Part shown: in pieces, positions 9,351 to 18,356 of the stretch
How the letters are laid out: the number at the start of each line of letters is the position of its first letter
How positions within the stretch are numbered: the first letter of the stretch is position 1
Notes under the pieces: model-generated
Told to the model about the DNA's origin: nothing
Databases searched by the model: none
Seen by the model: the letters and a program-made list of their open reading frames with translations, nothing else
Assembly (NCBI GenBank): GCA_027317185.1
Contig: DAHVFB010000006.1
Coordinates: forward strand, 593 to 64,592
DNA length: 64,000 nt
Direction of reading: 5' to 3'
Source: Deltaproteobacteria bacterium
Lineage (GTDB): Bacteria; Desulfobacterota; Binatia; Binatales; Binataceae
Program-made: the position numbers and the translations under genes

Positions 9351-10206
9351 TATACGTGCTCCGTTCCGCGCCGATTACTGGCGTGACCATCTGCTGACGG
9401 TGGTTTACGTAGGCGCCGGCCTGCTGTTCTTTTTTATTTTTCTCGCCGCCGATTTCCCCTATGGCGAAGCGCTTTCGTCAATGGCGGCGCCATTCGGACT
9501 GTCGCTGACCTACAAAGATCGTCAGTCGAGCTTGCCGCTCGGCGCCGAACTTGACGGCGTGACGTTGACCAACCTGCTGGCGCCCGGTTCGCCACCGTTG
9601 CTGGAAAACACCACCCTGACACTCACCCCCGGCCTGGTTTCCCTGCTGTTCGCGCGGCCGAGTATCAACGCAAGGGCGGAGCTGTACGGCGGCTTCGTCA
9701 CGCTGGGATTGTCGCGCGCGCGCGGCGCTATCCGGGTCAGCATCGAAACCAGCAACCTGGACCTGGGCCGTTACAACGCGCTGCTGAAAATGGGCGTTAA
9801 CCTGCGCGGATTTGTTTCCGGTAACGGCGCGGGATCGATCCCGGAGGTCGATCCGACGCTCGGCAATGGCCAGCTTCATCTGACGGTTAAACATTGCACG
9901 CTGCGAGTGGCGCGCGGCTTTCCGATGCTCAAGCTGGGCGATCTTGACGGCGCGGCCCATATGGCTGGTGGGATGCTTCAGATCGATTCGCTCGCCGCTC
10001 ACGGAGGCGATTTCGAGGTGAACGCAACCGGCACTCTCAAGCTCGCGCCCGACCTGTCGGACAGTCTGCTCGATCTGCGTGTGAAGCTGGTTCCGACTGC
10101 GGCTGCGCGTACCCGGCTCGGGTTTCTGATCCAGATGCTGCCGCATCCACCGGGCCCGGAACCGTACCTCATTCGTGGCCCAATCACCGCTCCCGCGATA
10201 AGCTGA
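9343..10206 (+). CDS. gspN: GspN-like protein
   Basis: N-terminal TM (LLTVVYVGAGLLFFFIFLAADFPYG) followed by a beta-rich periplasmic body. There is an 8 nt overlap with gspM. It is the last gene of the gsp string. Confidence 0.45.
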   Translation: MLDIRAPFRADYWRDHLLTVVYVGAGLLFFFIFLAADFPYGEALSSMAAPFGLSLTYKDRQSSLPLGAELDGVTLTNLLAPGSPPLLENTTLTLTPGLVSLLFARPSINARAELYGGFVTLGLSRARGAIRVSIETSNLDLGRYNALLKMGVNLRGFVSGNGAGSIPEVDPTLGNGQLHLTVKHCTLRVARGFPMLKLGDLDGAAHMAGGMLQIDSLAAHGGDFEVNATGTLKLAPDLSDSLLDLRVKLVPTAAARTRLGFLIQMLPHPPGPEPYLIRGPITAPAIS

Positions 10207-10235
10207 CATAAACCGAATTTTTCTGGCGGATAATT

Positions 10236-11234
10236 ATGGCTGAGTCGAAACGAATCGGATTACATATGACGCCTGGCACTGGACAGCCGGGACGCTTCCC
10301 GAAGCTTGCGGCGCGCGCCGAAGAGCTTGGCTACGAATCGTTGTGGTTGGCTGAGGCCGGCAGCGCCGATGCGATCGTCTCGGCTACTGCTTTCGCCACG
10401 GCCACTTCGCGGGCTCGAGTCGCCACTGGCGTGCTTCCGATCCAGATCAGGACTCCGGTCACGATGGCCACCGCATTCCTGACCCTCAACGAAATCTCGG
10501 GCGGCCGGGCGATCGTGGGAATCGGCGTCTCCAGTCCGATTATAGTCGAGCGCTGGCATGGCGCTGCATACCGCAAGCCGATTACCGCGATGCGCGAGTG
10601 CGTCACGATCATGCGTCAGGTATTCACTGAGGGCCGCGCTAAATTCGAGGGTGAAATCTACCGATCGGATTATCGGTTGGGCTTTCGCCCGACGCATCCC
10701 GCTCCGCCGATCTACCTTGCGGCGTTGAACCCGCCGATGCTCCGGCTGGCCGGAGAAATCGCCGATGGCGTACTGCTGAATTATTCGCCGGCCGAGGCGA
10801 TCGCTCCAATGATCGCCGAAATTCGGACCGGGGCGGAGCGCGCCGGCCGGCGGCTCGAAGATCTCGATCTCGCGATCTATCTCCGCATGTGCGTGACGCC
10901 GGACGAACGAGTCGCGATCGACTCCTTCAAGCGCGAGCTGACCGGCTACAGTTTCGTCGACAGCTATGGTCAGATGTTTGCGCGCTACGGACTCAGCGCC
11001 GAATTCGCCGAGGTGCGCAGGCTGTGGAAAGCGGGCCGCCGCGATGAGGCTCCCGCGGCGATCAGCGACGCTTCGGCGCGCAAGCTCGCGGCTTTCGGAA
11101 CGCCGGAGAATGCGCGCGTGATGGTGGCGCAATTTCGCGCCGCCGGAATCACCCTGCCGATAGTGTTTCCCGTCGGCCCGCGCGAAACTTCCGAGCGCGA
11201 CTTCACCGCCACCATGGAGGCGGCGCGCGGCTGA
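10236..11234 (+). CDS. luciferase-like monooxygenase (LLM) class, probably F420-dependent oxidoreductase
   Basis: ELGYESLWLAEAGSADA...LTLNEISGGRAIVGIGVS...WHG is the typical LLM TIM-barrel signature. Confidence 0.8.
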   Translation: MAESKRIGLHMTPGTGQPGRFPKLAARAEELGYESLWLAEAGSADAIVSATAFATATSRARVATGVLPIQIRTPVTMATAFLTLNEISGGRAIVGIGVSSPIIVERWHGAAYRKPITAMRECVTIMRQVFTEGRAKFEGEIYRSDYRLGFRPTHPAPPIYLAALNPPMLRLAGEIADGVLLNYSPAEAIAPMIAEIRTGAERAGRRLEDLDLAIYLRMCVTPDERVAIDSFKRELTGYSFVDSYGQMFARYGLSAEFAEVRRLWKAGRRDEAPAAISDASARKLAAFGTPENARVMVAQFRAAGITLPIVFPVGPRETSERDFTATMEAARG

Positions 11235-11266
11235 ACCCGATTCCACTTGTTTGCGGAGGAAACAGT

Positions 11267-11776
11267 ATGCGGCGGCGGCTTTCCATCCTGTTCGCGATCG
11301 CGACAATAACGGTTACCACTTCAGCTTTCGCTCAAGTCGCGCTGCCGGCCAGCGTTTCTGTCAGCGCCACCGTGAACCGGCCCTACCATCAGGTGTTTGG
11401 CACTCTGAAAAATTACTTCGCCAGTCCCGACGCGATGACGCTGGTGAGCGCGGATGAAAAGACCGGGACCATCGTCGCTCACCGCAATAGCGTCGAGACC
11501 GCGACCTGGAATCGATGGGCCTATTGCAAAGTCGGTGCGATGGGACTGCTGGATAACTTACAATCGAGTTCGGCGGATCTGACGATCAAACTGACTCATG
11601 CCGGCGCCGGTTCGACTCTCGTCACCGTCACCGCGAACTATCACGCGGTCTATTCGTTCGCCTCGCAAACCGACAATGTCGCGTGCACCTCCACCGGCGC
11701 ACTCGAACGCGAAATCCTTACGGTCGCGGGAGCTAAGCTTCCGCCTGCGCCGACTCCCGCTCCATCGCTGTTTTGA
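11267..11776 (+). CDS. secreted hypothetical protein
   Basis: Strong RBS GGAGGA 6 nt upstream of the start. Sec signal peptide MRRRLSILFAIATITVTTSAFA|QV. No family recognised. Confidence 0.55.
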   Translation: MRRRLSILFAIATITVTTSAFAQVALPASVSVSATVNRPYHQVFGTLKNYFASPDAMTLVSADEKTGTIVAHRNSVETATWNRWAYCKVGAMGLLDNLQSSSADLTIKLTHAGAGSTLVTVTANYHAVYSFASQTDNVACTSTGALEREILTVAGAKLPPAPTPAPSLF

Positions 11777-11797
11777 GGCAGACCTCACCTTGTTGTT

Positions 11798-13087
11798 TCA
11801 GTCCGCAGGCATTTCCCATTGGAGCAAGTCGATATGGTCGTCGGGCACCGGCTTTGACGAAAGCAGCATCACTGCGCGCAGCCCGTCGGAGAAGTAAGGA
11901 TCGCCAGTCAGGTTAGCCGCCGGATGTTCCTGCGAGGCTTTTACCGCACCCTTCGCATAAGCCAGAGCATACAGATAATCGGAAGCGATCAGATCCTGAA
12001 CCAGGTAGCTGCGTTCGCTGTCCACATCGGGATCGATTTTATGCGTCACGAAGAATCGCGCATTGACCGTGAAATGGACTCCAATGTCGCGGCTGATTTG
12101 ACCGATCCAGACCGCTCTGCCGAGGTAGGTGTAGGGCACGCGCCACAGCCGCAGATGATTGCGCCGATGGATCGTCGAGCGCGCCTTTTGCATCGCGATG
12201 TCCTGTTGCCGGCCAAAAAAATAAAGCGAACTGACCGGGGAATGAAGGTAGGTGTCGCCGGATAGAAAGGCGCCGATCGTTCTCCATGCCGTGCCGATAG
12301 CCAGCACATGGGTTGGATCCCATCCCTGGCGAGTAAGCGCTCCCAGCACATCATCTTCGGATCCAATGATTACGAAATTCATTGGATCGCCGTGGTTCGA
12401 ACCCAGTTCGTCGGTAGTGCAACAGGGCAGCGTTTCGATGACATGACGCAGTTCGGCCAGCGTCAGATCGCGCACGCTTTCGGGCGTAAAGCTCGGTTTG
12501 GTCTTCTCGTAGTCGAAGCTGCCATTGGGCAATTGAAAGAAGAAGCCATCGCGGATCGCCCCCATGTCGTGAACCATTTCAATGTTGACGAACTTGGCGC
12601 CCTCACTGCGATTGGTGAAGAGAAAGCCGGTGTTGGTCGCATGCGCGGCCACGTTCAGATGAATCCGTGACTGCTGGAAGAACTCATCCATCTCCGTGTT
12701 CGTTTTCGAGGCAAAGAGACGATGATTCATGAAGGCGGTTTCGTAGGCCGAGTAATACTGCGGATCGGTGCTGCGCGGCACGATATACAGACCATAGCCG
12801 TTGAGATTTTCAACCTTTAGCCATATGGCCTGCACCCCTTCGGACTCCAGCGGCAGGGCAAAAAATCTTTCGCTTTCAGCGGCGCTCAAAACCGCCACCG
12901 TCACTCGAACGTTGCTTTTCTCGCTGGTTAAAGCATGCCGCTCAAACGAGAAATCCTGATTTTGCGGCGGAGCAAAGGTCGAGCAGCCGGCGCTGATAAA
13001 TAACAGTTGCGCTATGGTGGCGTAGATCGCAACGGTCCTGAAACTGATCGCTAGGGAATGCGGACTTCGCCGCCGCTCGCCAACCAC
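11798..13087 (-). CDS. lipoprotein with an LssY-like C-terminal domain
   Basis: Lipobox LLFISAG|C. The C-terminal half (GDPMNFVIIGSEDDVLGALTRQGWD...SSLYFFGRQQDIAMQK...RNHLRLWR) matches my memory of the LssY_C domain. GTG start. Confidence 0.55.
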   Translation of the reverse strand: MVGERRRSPHSLAISFRTVAIYATIAQLLFISAGCSTFAPPQNQDFSFERHALTSEKSNVRVTVAVLSAAESERFFALPLESEGVQAIWLKVENLNGYGLYIVPRSTDPQYYSAYETAFMNHRLFASKTNTEMDEFFQQSRIHLNVAAHATNTGFLFTNRSEGAKFVNIEMVHDMGAIRDGFFFQLPNGSFDYEKTKPSFTPESVRDLTLAELRHVIETLPCCTTDELGSNHGDPMNFVIIGSEDDVLGALTRQGWDPTHVLAIGTAWRTIGAFLSGDTYLHSPVSSLYFFGRQQDIAMQKARSTIHRRNHLRLWRVPYTYLGRAVWIGQISRDIGVHFTVNARFFVTHKIDPDVDSERSYLVQDLIASDYLYALAYAKGAVKASQEHPAANLTGDPYFSDGLRAVMLLSSKPVPDDHIDLLQWEMPAD

Positions 13088-13095
13088 CGTCCGCG

Positions 13096-15711
13096 TTATT
13101 CCTTGAGCGCGTTGCGCAACCGGATGCTCTCGCGATTGCGGAACGCAACCGCGACCGCCAGACGCTCCAGGTGCTGATCGATAAGCTTCCCGCCCAGCCG
13201 CACCCTATGCGTAGCGAAGAAGCTGCGCACCTCGGACTCGCGATCGAGCAGCGCGACCACGCCCTCGCACATCCGCGGCAGCGCCGAATCGGGGAATTTC
13301 TCCACCATCGTATCCCAGTTCCGGCGCATGAAGTCCCACGCTTCGTAGCGGCAGATCGGATTGAGCAGCAACGAATGCATCAGGTATGGCGCGTTTTGCG
13401 TCCGCACCTCGCCATTGAGCGTCATCGCCATCGTCTGGCGCAGCAGTTCGATCCGGCTGAAACCGGCCAGTGCGAACAGATAACGCTGCTCCTCTTGCGG
13501 AGTTCCGGCAGACTTAAAGTTTTGCTTGAATTCTTCGTAGCGCGCCTGATCGCCGGTATGCGCCAGGATCGCGATCAAGGCCGGCCTCACGTCGCGATCG
13601 ATCGCATTCGGATTGTTGCGCGATCGATCGTATAACTCCGCCGCCTGCGCCTGCACCGTCCGATCCTCGCCCAGCGTGCCGCTCAGATTCGCCAGCGTGC
13701 CGCGCAACTGCCGCGTCAATTCGTCTTCGCCAGCCTTCGACTCCCATCCCATTCGCTGGAAAGCCGGCGACGTAATCGCGCGGACGGTAGCAGCGAAAGC
13801 GGCCAATTCTCTGGTTTCGACGATCAAGTCGAGGTAATTGAAAGCGCCGGCCAGCGCGCGCCATACGTTGAGATCGGTTTCGTTGCCGAGATTGCGGGCA
13901 AGGGCGATAAATTCATCCACCGGTTTAAGTCCGGCAACAGTGATCGCCCAGGTGTCGCTCACCAGCCCAAAACGTTCCGTGGCCTCGAGCTGTCCGAAGT
14001 TTCCGCTCAGATCCGACAGCATTTCGGGCGCGTATCGCACGCGATAAAAGCCATGGCCGCCTTCGTTCACCAGCGCCCATTCGATCGGCTCGCCGATTTC
14101 GAGCTTGGCTTCAGCCTCGTCCATCAGCAGCTTGTGATTCGACGAACCGTTGGCGGTTTTGACCCGCACCATCACCGGCACGTGCCATAGCTGCGGCTTC
14201 GCATCGCTCTGGGGAAGATAAAAAAAACGGCGCTGGCTTAAGCGCAGGCCTTTGCCATCGGCGGTTTTGGCCACCTCGATGATCGGAAAGCCAGGCTGAA
14301 AAATCCACGAGTCCATCAGGCGGCGCACCGGCTGATGCGACGATTCCTGGAGTGCGTCCCACAGATCGCCGGTTTCGGTGTTGCCGAATTTGTGCTTGCT
14401 CAGGTACAGCGCGATGCCTTTGCGGAACTCCTGCGCGCCGAGATATTGCTCGAGCATCCGCAGCACCGCCGCGCCCTTTTCATAAGTGAGCACGTCGAAC
14501 ATCGCGCGGGCGTCTTCCGCCGTGCGCACCGGGTATTCGATCGAGCGGGTCGAGGTCAGGCCATCTACCGCCATCGCCGATCCGCGCGACAGCGCGAAAC
14601 TTTCCCATCGCCGCCAGTGCGGCTTCCAGGCGTCGACCGCCAGCATCTCCATGAAGGTGGCAAACGCTTCGTTGAGCCAGATGCCGTTCCACCAGCGCAT
14701 CGTAACCAGATCGCCGAACCACATATGGGCGTTCTCATGCGAAACCACGTCCGCCACCCGTTCGAGCTCGGATCGCGAGGCCTTGTGCTCGTCGATTAGC
14801 AGCGCGGTCTCGCGAAAAGTAATCGCACCCAGGTTTTCCATCGCACCGGAGGCGAAATCGGGAATCGCGATCAGGTCGAGCTTGTCGCCGGGATAGGGCA
14901 ATCCGTAATAGTCGGCGAAAAACTTGAGCGAGAATGCGCCAATCTGTCGCGCCCATCCGGTCAATCCGTGCTTGCCCGGCAGATGCACTACGCGCAGCGG
15001 CGTACCCGCGTCCTCCGGTGCCGTGGCCTCGAATTCGCCGACGATAAAGGCCACCAGGTAGGTCGACATCGAGATGGTTTCGCGAAAGCTCACCTCGACC
15101 CGGCCATCCGCAAGCTTGCGCTCGCTCTCGACCCCGGCGTTGGAAGTCGCCACCAGTCCAGGCGCGATCACCAGCGTCACCTTGTACGAGGCTTTGAATG
15201 CCGGCTCGTCCCAGCATGGAAAGGCCCGGCGCGCATCGGTCGCTTCAAACTGCGTGGTGGCGACCAGATGCTCTTTACCGGCCGCGTCGTGATATTGACT
15301 GCGATAGAAGCCGTGCAGTTTGTCGTTCAGGATGCCGCGGAATTTGAGGTGGAGTTTCCACTCGCCGGTCTCGACCGTTTGCTTGAAGCGCAAGCGCACC
15401 TGCTCCGAGGCGGGGATGAACTCGGCCTGCCCCTCGATGCGCCTGCCGTCGCGTTCCACCGCAGCCTCAGAGATCTCGAGCTCGAGCGCGTGCAACACGA
15501 TATCGCCGGTGGCGCGATCGACGGTTATCTCAACGGTCTCTTCACCCACGAAATTCGCGCCGGGCAGATTTGGTTCCAGCCGCAGTTCGTAGCGGCGCGG
15601 CCGGACGAAAGCCGGCAGGCGCGAATCGGCGCCAACCTCGACAGCGGTGGGATTATCCTGGTCGTGCATGCGAAACTGGCCTCTCACGCTAATGGTTGAT
15701 CGCACCGGCAT
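13096..15711 (-). CDS. pepN: M1-family zinc aminopeptidase (aminopeptidase N-like)
   Basis: GAMEN exopeptidase motif (FASGAMENLGAITF) and HEXXH-18-E (HENAHMWFGDLVTMRWWNGIWLNEAF). An ERAP1-like C-terminal domain follows. An alternative start is at 15669. Confidence 0.93.
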   Translation of the reverse strand: MPVRSTISVRGQFRMHDQDNPTAVEVGADSRLPAFVRPRRYELRLEPNLPGANFVGEETVEITVDRATGDIVLHALELEISEAAVERDGRRIEGQAEFIPASEQVRLRFKQTVETGEWKLHLKFRGILNDKLHGFYRSQYHDAAGKEHLVATTQFEATDARRAFPCWDEPAFKASYKVTLVIAPGLVATSNAGVESERKLADGRVEVSFRETISMSTYLVAFIVGEFEATAPEDAGTPLRVVHLPGKHGLTGWARQIGAFSLKFFADYYGLPYPGDKLDLIAIPDFASGAMENLGAITFRETALLIDEHKASRSELERVADVVSHENAHMWFGDLVTMRWWNGIWLNEAFATFMEMLAVDAWKPHWRRWESFALSRGSAMAVDGLTSTRSIEYPVRTAEDARAMFDVLTYEKGAAVLRMLEQYLGAQEFRKGIALYLSKHKFGNTETGDLWDALQESSHQPVRRLMDSWIFQPGFPIIEVAKTADGKGLRLSQRRFFYLPQSDAKPQLWHVPVMVRVKTANGSSNHKLLMDEAEAKLEIGEPIEWALVNEGGHGFYRVRYAPEMLSDLSGNFGQLEATERFGLVSDTWAITVAGLKPVDEFIALARNLGNETDLNVWRALAGAFNYLDLIVETRELAAFAATVRAITSPAFQRMGWESKAGEDELTRQLRGTLANLSGTLGEDRTVQAQAAELYDRSRNNPNAIDRDVRPALIAILAHTGDQARYEEFKQNFKSAGTPQEEQRYLFALAGFSRIELLRQTMAMTLNGEVRTQNAPYLMHSLLLNPICRYEAWDFMRRNWDTMVEKFPDSALPRMCEGVVALLDRESEVRSFFATHRVRLGGKLIDQHLERLAVAVAFRNRESIRLRNALKE

Positions 15712-15743
15712 GACTGAAGGCCGGCGCTGCGATAAAGATTACG

Positions 15744-16607
15744 TCAAGCACGCGCCATCTGCGAGCCATGCGCCAATTCGGCGAAATTAATCAGTTGCAC
15801 TCCGGCGCGATCGAAAGCATTCCGAATCGCGGCGCTGGTTAACAGTTCGGTTTCATGACGCCGATCGGGCGGCGCTGCCCCCCCACTGTCGTCCGCCGGA
15901 TGGAAATAAATTTCGCCGGTACCGGCGGGCAGGCGCGCGATAATATTCGTTAGATAGCGCTCGCTCATGAAACCCGTCTGATGCAATCCGAACAGCCAGT
16001 CGGTGGTGCGGATGCCGCGCGCCGCGACCATCCGGCGTGTACGCCGGGAGAGCGCGCGAAAAATAATCGACTCCACGATTTTACGCGAGGCGTGGTCGCG
16101 CGCGATCGATAACGTCGTCATAATCGGCTCTCGTGGAATGCGGATGCACGGCACCCGGTATTCGGCCGCGAGCTCGACCATGATATCGGCCAGCACCGGA
16201 TGTACGTGGAAATTCAGATGGCCGTCAATATGGTTCAGATATCCGACCAGTTTCAAATGGCGTTCGATCTGCGCGCGAATCTCGTCGCGCAGCGCGCCGC
16301 GTATCTTCCGGTCGAAAAAATAGCGCAGACCCGCGACCGCCGGATTCCTGGGAAACTCTCCCTGCGCGCCCACAATTCCAGCCAGCCGTTGATGGCCGAG
16401 CACGCTCCGGCCCAGGCATACCACCAGATGAAGTCCGACATCGAGGCCAGGCCAGGCGCGCGCCGCTTGCGCCGCAGCTTCGGCCCACGGCTCCGCCACC
16501 ATCAGGCTGGTGCCGCGCAGCACGCCCTCGCGATGCGCCCGCAAAATTCCCGCATTCACCTGCGGCGACACTCCGAAGTCGTCGCCACTGACGATTACGC
16601 GCGTCAT
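15744..16607 (-). CDS. hpnK: ChbG/YdjC-family deacetylase, HpnK-like
   Basis: MTRVIVSGDDFGVSPQVNAGILRAHREGVLRGTSLMV is the YdjC N-terminal signature (DDFG). It is divergent from hpnG and lies in a hopanoid locus. The start was moved to ATG 16607, since the longer ORF would overlap hpnG. Confidence 0.7.
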   Translation of the reverse strand: MTRVIVSGDDFGVSPQVNAGILRAHREGVLRGTSLMVAEPWAEAAAQAARAWPGLDVGLHLVVCLGRSVLGHQRLAGIVGAQGEFPRNPAVAGLRYFFDRKIRGALRDEIRAQIERHLKLVGYLNHIDGHLNFHVHPVLADIMVELAAEYRVPCIRIPREPIMTTLSIARDHASRKIVESIIFRALSRRTRRMVAARGIRTTDWLFGLHQTGFMSERYLTNIIARLPAGTGEIYFHPADDSGGAAPPDRRHETELLTSAAIRNAFDRAGVQLINFAELAHGSQMARA

Positions 16608-16687
16608 CCCGTTCATCTCCGTCGGCGCTTCCGTGCGCGCCCCGCATCTGGTGAGATGCTTATCCCGGCGATCCGGCGAACCATCAC

Positions 16688-17437
16688 ATGATCCTGCTCT
16701 TTTACGCATTCGGAATGGAACTGCGGCCATTCAAACGCCGCCTCGACCAGCGGCGGCGGCTGAATCTCGATGGTCTCAAAGGCTTTCGATCGCGATTCGG
16801 AAAACTCGAATTGGCGGCGATAGCGACCGGTATCGGTCCGCAACGCGCGGGCGAGGCTGCGCGGCGAACCTTTAAGGCTATCAGCAACCCCGAACTGGTT
16901 ATTATCGCGGGGGTGGCGGGCGCGCTCTCGCCGGGGCTCGCAATCGGCGACCTGGTGGTTGCGGATCGATTGATTACGGCGGATGCGGACGATGGTCTGG
17001 CGCATCATATCGTCGAGATCGATCGGGAGCGGGTCGAGGAATTGGGCGCGATTTTGATCGAAGCCGGGATGGCGATCTCGACCGGCGGCATCTTTACCTC
17101 GCCGCAAGTGCTTGCCAGCGGCGCCGACAAGCGCGCGGTGCGCGAGGCCAGCGGCGCAATCGCGGTGGATATGGAGAGCGCGGCAATCGCTCTCGAGGCC
17201 GCCAAACTCGGTTTCCCTATAGTATGCTTGCGATCGGTGATGGACGCGGCGGACGAGGATCTGGTGGCGGCCGGTTTCACTAGCGCGGACGGCCAGGTCA
17301 ACGCCCTCAAGACCATGCGCACGCTTACCAGCACTCCGGCGGCCGTCCTGCGGCTGCCGCGGATGATGTACAACCTTTCGATCGCATCGCGAGCGCTGGC
17401 CGATGCGCTTGAGGCCGTGCTTAGCGCTGCCTCTTAG
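16688..17437 (+). CDS. hpnG: hopanoid-associated nucleoside phosphorylase/nucleosidase HpnG
   Basis: PNP/UDP-1 fold motifs (IIAGVAGALSP, AVDMESAAIA) in a short 249-aa protein inside an hpn locus. Confidence 0.72.
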   Translation: MILLFYAFGMELRPFKRRLDQRRRLNLDGLKGFRSRFGKLELAAIATGIGPQRAGEAARRTFKAISNPELVIIAGVAGALSPGLAIGDLVVADRLITADADDGLAHHIVEIDRERVEELGAILIEAGMAISTGGIFTSPQVLASGADKRAVREASGAIAVDMESAAIALEAAKLGFPIVCLRSVMDAADEDLVAAGFTSADGQVNALKTMRTLTSTPAAVLRLPRMMYNLSIASRALADALEAVLSAAS

Positions 17438-18356
17438 CTGGCTCATTTACGCGCTCCTGAGTCATCGGCCGCCCTTGTGCCTCAAGTTTCGGCCAGACGG
17501 GAAGCTTCTTCTCGAATGGAAAATCGTTCAGATGGCGCTCGATCGTCGCCGCATCCCCGTAGCTGCGCCGGTCGGTCAAGATACTAAGCGTCAGCGCCGT
17601 GAAGGGCAGAAAAATGAACACGCTCGCCCAGCCGACCTCGTAGGAACGAATCCGAAACAGCATCGTGATCGTGAAGCATACGACGCCCACATATAGACCC
17701 GGACCAAGCAACGCGCGTGACGGAAACCCCGGTAGCGCACCCCACGGCTTACGCCCGCCGCGATTCAGCAAACGGTCGAGCCATTGAAAAATCGCGATCG
17801 TCACCGCCGCGACGAAAAACCATCCCAGATAGTTGCTAATCGGCACTCCAAAATAAGGTCCTGGCGGGTCATACCAGAACAGCCTTCCGAGGAACCAGCG
17901 GTTGCCCCGCACGCTCAGCGGATCGGCCACCATATCGATCATCACCATGAACAGCGCGCCGAGCAGCCAGACACGCACGGTTCCGCGCCGGCGCCAGTTA
18001 TCAAGCAGGCGCAAATCGACCCCGCGGCGATAAAGCGGCGTGCTCACCAGCATCGCCACCGTGTAACTGGCGAAGGCCAGGAAGGTGAACGAAATCGAAT
18101 CCATGAAGGGAACGCCCGCGACCCAAAGCTCTCGACCGCGAGTGGTGGCCAAATAATGGTACAGCCCGAAGGGAAAGCCGTCGTGTATCGACAACCATTC
18201 ACATCCAAACGAAACCAGATAACTCAGCCCCGTGAAGACCATCGTGGCCTCGAGCCCGTAGTTGACGATTCCGGCAAACAGAAAAGCGGCCAGGAAGATG
18301 AAGACATAGGGCCGCAGCGCGATAGTCAGCAACAGTAGATGCATCGCTTCACCCAT
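17421..18356 (-). CDS. polytopic membrane protein; possible DUF422/carotenoid-biosynthesis (CruF-like) family
   Basis: About 8 predicted TM helices. Motifs FPFGLYHY and GVPISNYLGWF resemble my memory of the DUF422 family. The start overlaps the hpnA stop (8 nt with ATG 18356; ATG 18344 is an alternative). Confidence 0.5.
   Translation of the reverse strand: MGEAMHLLLLTIALRPYVFIFLAAFLFAGIVNYGLEATMVFTGLSYLVSFGCEWLSIHDGFPFGLYHYLATTRGRELWVAGVPFMDSISFTFLAFASYTVAMLVSTPLYRRGVDLRLLDNWRRRGTVRVWLLGALFMVMIDMVADPLSVRGNRWFLGRLFWYDPPGPYFGVPISNYLGWFFVAAVTIAIFQWLDRLLNRGGRKPWGALPGFPSRALLGPGLYVGVVCFTITMLFRIRSYEVGWASVFIFLPFTALTLSILTDRRSYGDAATIERHLNDFPFEKKLPVWPKLEAQGRPMTQERVNEPAKRQR

Noticed and set aside
10260-11306. 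348-aa minus-strand ORF (similar cases at 9478..10209, 16613..17446 and 14968..15699)
   Set aside because: It is antisense to well-supported genes (the LLM; the others to gspN, hpnG and pepN). Composition is Arg-rich and no domain signature is present.
12394-12404. GGTTCGAACCC, resembling a tRNA T-arm
   Set aside because: It lies inside the LssY-like CDS with no flanking acceptor or anticodon-arm structure that I could fold. No tRNA is called.
16608-16730. Long N-terminal extension of the hpnK ORF. Analogous extensions exist for hpnA (19354..19530), hpnD (21659..21748) and hpnC (22518..22580).
   Set aside because: The extensions overlap neighbouring genes or promoters, are Arg-rich, and precede internal ATGs that restore the canonical family N-termini and tidy gene junctions.
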